Positions 26,170 through 37,168 of a stretch of 64,000 bases of DNA are shown here, piece after piece. The number at the start of each line of letters is the position of its first letter. The first letter of the stretch is position 1. The DNA is from Octopus sinensis. Taxonomy: Eukaryota. The notes under the pieces were generated by a model. That model made no database searches and was not told where the DNA came from. It saw only the letters and a program-made list of their open reading frames with translations. The DNA is taken from contig NC_042999.1 in the NCBI RefSeq assembly GCF_006345805.1, forward strand, positions 148,118,001 to 148,182,000, read 5' to 3'. The position numbers and the translations under genes are program-made.

Positions 26170-28421
26170 TTACTCGGTGTATGTGTATATGTATGTCTGC
26201 ATGTGTGTGTGTGTGTAAGTATGTGTAAAAAATTACATTGAATCGGCCATACATACATACATACACATACACAGATACATACACACATACATTCAGGCAT
26301 ATACACATACACCGAGTAAAAAATTTCAGTTATCTCTCTCTTTCACACATTACTCTCTCTGTCTCTTCACACACACTAACAGAAGCACTTCACTTACACA
26401 ACATACTGTCTCCCACACCCCATCAAACACACACACACACACATGTACATCAATGCTTCCCCTAGACGGTAACTTCAAAGACAACTTTTGTTATTAGAAG
26501 GTGGCTGACTATAGCTTGTTTACATTTAAGATGTTTAATACGTCACGAAATTGGTGGTCGAGACGGAGTAAATAAAATAAAGCCGAATGACGGAATATCA
26601 TTGGTTAAAATTCTAATTATTAAACAACGTTAAACTTAGAAGTTACAATTCCGTTTTCATTCTGGTTTACAATTAAGTTTACTTTTCACACATTCTACCA
26701 GTATACGAAGTTTCAAATTGTTTGGTTCAGTAGGAAAAATTTGAAAAAACTGGCTTCAGAATAGAAAAGATCCTGGGTTGGGTGAAGGGTGGAGGGAAGA
26801 GGGAAGAGATAATAGTGTCATTGAGAACCAAAGGTGTCAGGTAATGCTGAATAAGTGCTATAGACAGACCATAGTTAAGTTCCAGATTCGGTAATTTTGT
26901 GAATAAGGGGTTCAACGTTGGTTCTATGTCAGCGTGTGTATATAAGAATTTTTTGGCGTAATAAGATAAAAAAAAAACCAAGGCTGTGTAGATATTAGAG
27001 CATTTATAGAGAGAAGGTCTTACAGCTGTTTCTAAGATATTTATTAATTATACCCCTTCATCGGAGACGGTATGAGAGGATAGTTAAGTCAAAGTTAGTT
27101 TAGATGTGATATAAAATAGAGAGTGAGTGGAGGAAAGAAAATAGATGCAAGATATGTATGGATATTGAAGTTGTAAATCCATTTTTTTAGGCATCATGGT
27201 ATACATGCAATATTTCAATATCCTATGAGTAAAGTCCAAAAGTCCAACTGAGTTTAATATGAGTCCTTCCAAATATAGAGTTTATAAGCAATGTAAGATC
27301 CCTTATGAGTGAGATCCAGCAGATTTTTAAACTTGGTAATTCCCTGTAGAGAATTTATATACAGTGTTGCAGAGTCAAAGGTTTTCATTTAAAGTGACCA
27401 AAAAATAGGGAGTGTATTAGTATAGTCAAATCAAAAACAGGAAGAGAGGAGTGAAGAAAGAGAAAAAAAAAGAGAAGAGACAGAAAAAATGAGAGAGAAA
27501 AAAGAGAAAAAATAAAACCCCCGAAGGGTGGGATAAAGGGAATAAAGAAAAAAGAATAAAGAAAAATGAATATATAGATCAGTCAGTGGTCAATGGAGAT
27601 AATTTGAAAGTAGGAGTGGGGATATGAAGGGTGAAAGAGAGAGAAAGGTATTATAGTGTAAAAAGATAGAAGGAATGACAAATGTGTAGTAGTAGAGTCT
27701 AAGTGTAGGGGTAGAGATATGGGGTTAGTAGTATGAAGAATTAAGGAATTTATATGTTTAGCCGTCCGGTACTTAGTAATATGAGAAAATATATATGTGA
27801 AGATGAATATACATGTATATCTCAGACAAGTTACACAGACAATCCTTACTCGCATGCATATGCACTCATGCACGCCCGCTTATACATTCATCTGCATGTA
27901 ACATCACCCCTGTATCTGTAGGTATATATACCTTACATGCGTACGTATATTTACACATACCCACATACATGCATATACGCATACCCTCACTCATACATAT
28001 ACACGTACACATGGGTGTATGCACATACATACGAATATAATCAGATGGTTGTATATGTGAGGAACTAGATAGGGATTAGGAGTTAGAGTGTAAGTTTATA
28101 AGGTTATTGGGACTACCTAAGGAGTATTGTGGAAATGTACAGTATGGGCATTCTGGCATTTGAATTTGTGATAAATTTGTGATAAATATGGACCATGATA
28201 GAGTATAGGGTATATTTGTATTTTTGAGATGATGTATGTGATTGGCGAGTGTTGTAAATTTACTATGTTTCTCGTATCTAAAAGAATGGAGATGAGTGGC
28301 ATACCGTTGCTTAACATTTTTTGTTGATCCTACGTATATGGCTGTAGAGTTGTGTAATAGATTAAGGACCGTGCATTTGTAAAAGATACGCAAATAATTA
28401 TTTTATATCTATATCTATCTA

Positions 28422-28455
<34 letters not shown>

Positions 28456-29806
28456 CAAATAATACTGAAGACGTCATAAACGTTATATATGTTTTGTATG
28501 TCCATCTTCAATGCGCATTAAAAGAATTAGTATACAATGAAAGATTTGTGATAACACTATTGTTAGAAATATCATGTTTGATATAATTTTAATGCTAATT
28601 AAATATTACAAAAATTAACAATGTGGTTTTTTCAATATTATATATATCTAGCATCCTTTCAATGCTGGTACCATATCTTTCATTGATGTTCAGAAGTCGT
28701 TCTAATTAATATACAACACTTCGCTCTTGATTTCATTTAGCAGAGCTGGTGCTATCGTCAGCATTCAGTGCTATCGTCAGCATATCGTCATACATTCAGT
28801 CTCTGCCTTAACTATTTAAATTTTTCCCTGCACTGATCTACAGATTTTCGGGGCGAACATAGAACTCGATCACCATAAATCTTACAAGTCATTGAAGGTC
28901 TTCAGAGTTCATGAGCACCTTTTCTACCTACTATCTATCTCATGTAATTAGAAAAAATAAATATGTTGTATGTTGATCTACATTACAATTATAAATATAA
29001 ACATGAGCAGTAGCCTAGTGTAGTTGTTGAGTGCTTTGTTGGCTTACGCCGTCTAATTCCGTTATTCTGGTGGCAAAAGAGACAACTGTGATTGGGTAGG
29101 GTGCGGCATACTCCAACAGAAACTAGAACTATGACTATCGCAGTGTTTCTCCAGATTTGTACAAAAAGAACGTATAACGATTTATTGGAATGAGAGAGAA
29201 GATATCAAAATGAAGTGTTAATATCTGTACTCACGATTTGCCATGCATTTCACCGCAAGCTTCAAGGAGCAATATTGATAACTTGACAGATATGGGTAAG
29301 AACAACCCATTATGGAGTTCTCATCACCTCTGCAAGTTTGCCCATTCATGAAGGCTGGTATTTTCGAATAACTTTTTGAGTAATAATTATATCTGAAAGG
29401 TAAATATAACAATGCAATAATCCATATAGATGTACATATTCCATTCTCTACAAATCAATGTAATGCTACTCAAGAACACGGTGCTATTTTTGTTTGCATT
29501 TCTCGACAGTAATGCTCATAATGCTTTACTGAATACTAAGATAATAATGGTTTCTGACATATGACATGAAAGAAATTCTGTATATACGTAAATTTTATAT
29601 GCACCTCATATTAAAAACATTTCTACAAACATTTAACCAACATCCTATGCTTTGACGAATATAAACGACACGTCTATGTATGTATGTATGTATGTATGTA
29701 TGTATGTATGTATGTAGTATGTATGTATGTATGTATGTATGTATGTATCATGCCTGTCTCTTTGTATGTTTATCTATGAATCGAACTAGCTCCCTTATTG
29801 TCTGCA

Positions 29807-29869
<63 letters not shown>

Positions 29870-32800
29870 CTGGGAATGTGTGTCTGTCTGTCTGTGTGTT
29901 TCCCTAAAACTTGAGAACTACACAACCAATTTCATTCAAATTTTACATATGCCTTACTTAGGGTCCGGGGAGTGTCATCGGCAAAAAATTTTTTTACCTT
30001 TTTGCCTAGGGCGAGCCAACAGCAATATTATATCTTCTCCATTACGATTCCCTAAAACTTGAGAACTATACAACCATTTTCATTCAAATTTTACACATGC
30101 CTTACTTAGAGTTCATGTAGTTTCATGGACAAAAAAGACGTTCAACTTCTTGCCTAGTGCGAGCCCATAGCAATATCATATCTTCTCCACTATTTCAGTA
30201 TTACGTGTTAAAAGTGAAACAAAAACATTTCTCTATTTTATGTCAGATACTTTCACTTTAACAATAAAAATAATAATAATAACAATTGAATTATATGTAG
30301 TAAGTAATAATTAAAATCAAACTAAAGTATAATATAATCATAACATAACAAAAGTAAAAATAGCAATTGGTATAAAATTGCATCAATGACTTGAACTTGA
30401 ATAAGTGGTTTCACATGAATGGGAATAAATTAAAAATAAAATTAGCGTGCAGAAATGGAATAGTCCAGATGGATAATAAAAAATTAAATTAAAGAAAAGA
30501 CTATTGTCTATAAAGTATACAATATAGAGAAAAAAGATTTGAACACCTGGAGGAAAGCACCATCGAAAAGTGTCTTGGTGCGACTATGAAAGATATCTAA
30601 CCAGAGGCGGTAAATTCGCCACAATAGAAGCAAGTTTCGAGTCAACGGAACGTGCAACGAGTACTCGACTCGAACTTGCAAAGTGGAAATATTATATTTT
30701 TACTTTTATATCTGGGACGTAGGACGTCCCGGATAAAAATTTAAAATGTCCCCCCAGAAGTAGAGGTAGGCTGGATTGTAGCCACACTTCTTTCCAAGAA
30801 GGAGGACAAGATACTATTGATCGAAATTGCAAGAGACGGGTTAACAATTCCAGTCTGTTATATATTTTGAGTATTGTTATCACTAGCGATATCAAGATAT
30901 AACTTTGTATTTTGTATTTTATGTGTAGATGTATATATATATATATAGATATACATGTAATGTGTACATATATATATACACATATATACATGCACTAGTA
31001 CTATAACCCGGCAACGACGGGTCATAATGCTAGTCTATATATAAAACTGAGAATATGTGTCTGTCTGTGTGTTTCCCTAAAACTTGAGAACTACACAACT
31101 AATTTCATTCAAATTTTATACATGCCTTACTTAGGGTCCGGGGAGTGTCATCGGCAAAAAGAATTTTTAACTTTTTGCCTAGGATGAGCCCACAGCAATA
31201 TCATATCTTCTCCTCTCTGATTCCCTAAAACTTGAGAACTACACAAACAATTTCATTCAAATATTACACATGCTTTACTTAGGGTCCATGTAGTGTCATG
31301 GGCAAAACAAATGTTTAACTTCTTGCCTAGAGCGAGCCCACAGCAATATCATATCTTCTCCGCTATTTCAGTATTACGTGTTAAAAGTGAAACAAAACAT
31401 CTCTCTATTGTATGTATATGGATGTGTATATATATATATATATATTACAAAATATAAAGTTATATCTTGAGATCGTTAGTGACAACAACGCTCAAAATAT
31501 ATAACAGACTGGAATAGTAGTGCTCAAATGAGCTGTATACACTTATTAATCCGAGGGGAGGCAATGCGAGCAGCAACTACAAGAGCACTACAAAATCCAC
31601 AGAAAGATCAAACACATAAATATATTCATATATTCATTGATATCTACAGAACAGACATAAAGCCCGACGTTTAGAAATATATAGTAATATATAAACATCA
31701 TATAAAAATATATTGTGCGCATAAGATCCACTCGACGTTCCATAAGAAATTTAGAAATAAAAATTGCAATAAAAGTTAGAGGTAATAATAACAATTGAAT
31801 TAAATATAGTAAATATAGTAAGTAGTAATTAGGTATATTTTATTTTATTAAAATGGTAATTAAATCGTAGTATAACAATTAAAAGAAAAAATAGCAATCA
31901 GTATAAAATGTATCAAGGACTTGAACTCGAATATGTGGCTTTGCATGAATGGGAGAAATTAAAAGATGAAAAATTTAATTGAGTGAATTAGTCCAGTTGG
32001 AGATGTGCGCATACCATTTAAAATAGCTGCTAGATCGAATTATATGCTTATAAAGTAGCATTCAGTATCTATGAGAATTTTGGAGAGTACGTAAAGTCTG
32101 CTCTTTCGCATGTAGCAGGTACATAATTGTGCATTTGTTTCCGTGTACTATGTGTTGTGTGTTATTGTGCTTCTTATTTGAACCTGTGAGTTGCTGTTTA
32201 ATTGTTAATTTTTATCGTTAAACGTTATTGTTACACGTTTTTTTTTTGTTTTTTGTCTGTCTGTGTTGAGACAGACAAAGAAGGAGTCGGCTGCCCCCCC
32301 CCCTAAGGGAGAGATGGCCAGACGAAGTATGTTCGAAAGTGTGTCGGATTTGTCGACTTCTGAAGAAGAACTTGAAAAGGCGATAAAGAAAATGGACAAG
32401 CAATTAGGCAACACATACGCAGGAGCGACAAGAACGGAGGAAAGAGAAATAGATTTGGCCAAGTTGCCAAGCTACCAGGCATTTATTAAAAAGGTCGGCG
32501 GTGAAGTGGAGTTGTCACCGCCACTAAAACGAAGAGAGTGGCATGAACGAAGGACCATCACGTACCGGGTTTATGCCAATGAAAAATAGGAAACAGAAGT
32601 CGTCAGTATGGAGACAATAGTAGAAGCATTAAAAAGAACGGAAGAAGACTTAATATTCTTGGCGGCAAGAGGCATAAAATTTCGGTACCGTGGTGGTCCA
32701 ATTCAAGAATGAAAGTGTGGCGAGGAAAATGGCAGCGAGAACGGTGAAGACAGAAAAGGTGTTCCTTCTGCCCTCATATCTGGGTAGAAAAACTACTCGG

Positions 32801-34374
32801 ATGAGGGTGGAGGGGATACCTCCCAATGTTGACGGAGAGTGGATAGTGGCAGCCGTAATCAATGGATGTGAGGAAGAAGTTGACATCCTCCATGCTACAG
32901 TGAAAGATGAAGGCTGGAAGGGTGCAGTTTTGGAACTAAACGTGCAAGCAGAGGCTGAAATATTGGAACAATTGCCTGAGAATATCAGAATGGGAAGTGT
33001 TATTATGAGAGTGTGGGTGGAGGGCAGAGCTCCACGCTGCTACAAGTGTGGCCTGAAAGGTCACATAAGAGCTAACTGCCCTCCCCCATCAAAGTAAATT
33101 GATGTGGAACCTCAAAGAGAGGTAGTGGCCAACGAGGAAGAGCAGAAATCAACAGAGAAAGACACACCGGAAGAGGAGGAGGTACAAAAAGAATGGGAAG
33201 AAGGCAGAAGAAGGAGGAAGAGAAGAAGGAAAAAAATAAATAGTGCTGAACCCCAATCCACCCCAACACCACTCGCACCCTCTGAGACCCACCCTTCCCC
33301 TGCAGACAGTGAACCCACCCGCTCCCCACCAACAAGAAAACAAAAATGAGAAACAAACACAAGATACCCCAAAAAAACCTGGGCCCAATTTTCTAGGTAT
33401 TTCGACGAAAAAAGACGTAAAAGAAATATTGAAAGATTATCACTGGTGTGACAAGGACAGTGATAGGTACGCTGTAATCTCGGAAGAACGTATAGAAGAA
33501 TTCGTGGGAAAATGTAAAAAGAAAAACTATAAATTGTTTAGATTTGAAATAGATGACGAGATGATAACGGAAATGGAAAAGAGATTTGCGATGAAAACAG
33601 AGCACAATGTGTATTATATTCAGGATAAAGTATGAAGGACAGGTAAGTGATGCTAGCGGATGGGGCCGTTAGCATCACTTTCATTTTTCATTTATCATTT
33701 TCATATTTTATTTTCCATATTTATGTAATTGTGATGTTTTATGTCTCCAATGTTTGTATTGTCCCCTCTGTGTAGCCCTTTATGGGTAAGAAAGAAACGA
33801 TGTGTTGTGTGTAAAAAACATCCTGACGAGGGGTCTGTGAATTTTAAATATACTATATGTTTCATATTAATTGGTGCATCTCCGAAACGGCCCGTAGATG
33901 AACTTTTATGTGTTTTTGTAAATTTGTATATTTATCTTCTATGTATTTTTCTCTGGAATTTTAATTCGTCTTTTTAATATGTCATTGTATGTTTTAGTAC
34001 CCCAATTTTTTAATTTAACAAATTTATACCAAACTAGCACTATGACCCGGCATCACCGGATCATAATGCTAGTATATATATGAAGATGAGAATGTCTGTC
34101 TGTCTGTGTGAATCCCTAAAACTTGAGAACTACACGACCAATTTCATTCAAATTTTACACATGCCTTTCTTAGGGTCCATGTAGTGTCATAGGCAAATCA
34201 CATTTTTAACTTCTTGCCTAGTGCGAGCCCAGAGCAATATCATATATTCTCCACTATTTCAATATTACGTATCAAAAGTAAAACAATAACTTCTCTCTAT
34301 TTTAATGTCAGATATTTTCACTTTAATACTGAAACTATTATCTCACATATATAAGGCATACATACATATATATG

Positions 34375-34408
<34 letters not shown>

Positions 34409-34509
34409 TATATATATAGATGTACATGTAATATGTACACATATATACACACATATATACATGCATACACACACACACACACATACACACACACATATAT
34501 ATATATATG

Positions 34510-34590
<81 letters not shown>

Positions 34591-35059
34591 ATATATATAC
34601 ATAGGTACAAGTGTGGTTGTGTGGTAAGAAACTTCGTTCCAAAACAGATGGTCCTGGGTTCAGTCCCACTGTGTGGAAATGTCTTAATAAGGGTTCTGAT
34701 GTGGTAATGTTTGCTCTTTAACAACAGATATTTCTTGATGAAGTTACAGAGTTCCAGACGGGGCAGTATATTTGTAGCAATGAGGCTTTTTGGAGAATAT
34801 TTGGTTTTCCTATTCGTGGATGACACCCTCCAGTAGAACAATTGTCTGTTCAATTCCATATTTAAGAGATGGGAAATTATGCAAATTATTTACATTATTT
34901 ACATTATATACATTCGACAGATACTTGTCCTAAACCTGTTTGTTGCTAACACAACTTTTCGGGTGATATACCCCCTAGCCTTCTTCAGGTGTCTTGGGGA
35001 AATTTAGAACCTGGGTTCTCATTGCTAAGGTATTTTCGATGTTGTTGTTGTTGTTGTTC

Positions 35060-35137
<78 letters not shown>

Positions 35138-36414
35138 CTTCTTTCTACACCAAGGACAGAGAAGCTCATTGTATGCATTACCAGATTACACACGCAAATT
35201 CACAGGTAAAATATGTATTTAAAAAATTAATAAATAAATAAATTAATGGCTGGATGTTGTTTTCACAGCGATAATGCTCTTCTCAGTACATGAGCCGTTC
35301 CAGTTAACACGATTTTTTGCACTTCTTGTAGGGATGGTAAGCCTGGTATCATTTTCAAATAGGTTTCAGTACCTTTTTTTATAATTCCTAGAGATCCTAC
35401 AATCTCTACTGTAGTCGCCTTGAGATGCCACATTTTTTCAATTTCTATTAGCAAGTCTTTATATTTACTAATCTTGTCAAATTCTTTCGCCGCTATATTG
35501 TGATTGCAAGGGATACTCATGTCAATTAATAAACACATCCTTTTTGTCCGATCTTTTATTATAATATCCGGTTTATTAGCTTTTATAGTCTTGTCAGTCT
35601 GTACGGGGAAGTCCCATAGAATCGACACATTTTCTCCCTCAGTCACAGCTTCAGGATGGTGGTTATACCATTTGTCAGCGGTTTTGATTTTATAATACCT
35701 ACATATTGTCCAGTGTAAATACTGGCCGACTCTGTCATGTCTTGCTTTACAGGTGCTAAGACTCTACAACCTGAGATTAGGTGGTCTATTGTTTCAATCT
35801 CATCGTTAGAGAATCGGCATTTTGGGTCTGCTTCATTTTTTATCACATTGGCTTGGTAGTTCCGGGTTAAGAAGCATTGGTCTTGTTCAGCTAATATGAA
35901 ACCTTCACTCTCCGCTTTTAGCCCTGAGCTTCGCAACCATTGATGCGTGTGTTTCTGGTCGGCATCAGCTTGTTTGCTACGGGCCATATACTTGCCTTGC
36001 AGAGGTTTCTGTTCCCATCTGCTAGCTAATTTTTCATGCGCTTTTGTCTTTGCAATTAATTTTATTTTCTTTGCAGCAGAAGTTGGCGCATTTCCTTCAA
36101 CCTGATCAATCTGGTAGGTATCTAAGAGATAAGCAGCGAATTTTTTGCTCTCTTTCAGAATAGATTGAAGTTTTTTCGGTCTTTCATGTTTTTCAACAAG
36201 TTTTAATATCCAATCGTTGGTTGCTTCAAGGTATTTGGCCAGTCCGATCGTGGTGGTTTTGTACGTAAGTTCAAGCTGGATCAAACCTCGTCCTTATTAT
36301 TGTTGTTATTGTAATGATTATTATTATTGTTATTGTTCAGGTCACTTCCAAGCAGTGACATGAACAATAACAATAATAATAACAATAATAATGATAATAA
36401 TCATAATCATAATC

Positions 36415-36463
<49 letters not shown>

Positions 36464-37104
36464 TAACAACAACATTGAAAAATACCTTAGGAATGAGAAC
36501 CCAAGTTCGAAATTTCCTCAAGACACCTGAAGAAGGCAGGAGGGTATATTAGCCTAAACGTTGTGTTAACAACAAACAAGATGAGGACAAGTATCCGTCG
36601 CATGTAAATAATGTAAATAATTGTCTGTTCGTTTAGAGAATGGACAAAGAATGCATTTTACTACTGAATCTGTTGCTCAGCAGACACTTGCTGCAAGGGA
36701 AACTACATTAACAGCATTTGACAGTTATCTTAATATGTGACGTGTAGGACAATTGTCTGTTCATTTAGGGAATGAACAAAGAATGCATTCTACTACCGAA
36801 ACTGCTGCTCAGTATTCCCTTGCTCCAAGGGAAACTACTTCACAGCCTTTTTTCAAATTTTGCCAGACATACTCTTTTACTAGAACCTTATTGTACATCT
36901 ATACATATAAAGATGAGAATGTGTTTCTGTCTGTCGGTGTGAATCCCTAAAACTTGAGAACTACACAACCAATTTCATTCAAATTTTACACATGATTTAC
37001 TTAGGGTCCATGTAGTGTCATATTGTAATGTCAGATATTTACACTTTAATACTGAAACTATTAAAGTGAAAATATTATCTCACATATATACAGGCACACA
37101 TACA

Positions 37105-37168
<64 letters not shown>

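Larger units (their letters stand above)
29808..34460 (+). mobile_element. Head-to-tail tandem array of non-autonomous Helitrons (units ~29808-31033, 31034-34072, 34073-~34460) with cargo
   Basis: Shared head ..gagaat.tgtctgtctgtgtg..ccctaaaacttgagaactacac. 3' hairpin plus CTAG at 31006-31033 and 34041-34072, each directly followed by the next unit (CTAG|TC at 31033/31034). A fourth head is at 36905-37090. Confidence 0.8.
34682..36898 (+). mobile_element. Helitron Rep/helicase coding relic (34682-34851 and 36619-36898), split by an insertion
   Basis: NKGSD..F...[34 protein letters not shown], resuming as [20 protein letters not shown] and, duplicated, [27 protein letters not shown]. Typical of the Helitron post-Rep region. 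Confidence 0.8.

Noticed and set aside
28720-28795. Tandem ctgacgatagca on the minus strand resembling a hammerhead start
   Set aside because: GAAA is misplaced and no stem I or III can be drawn.
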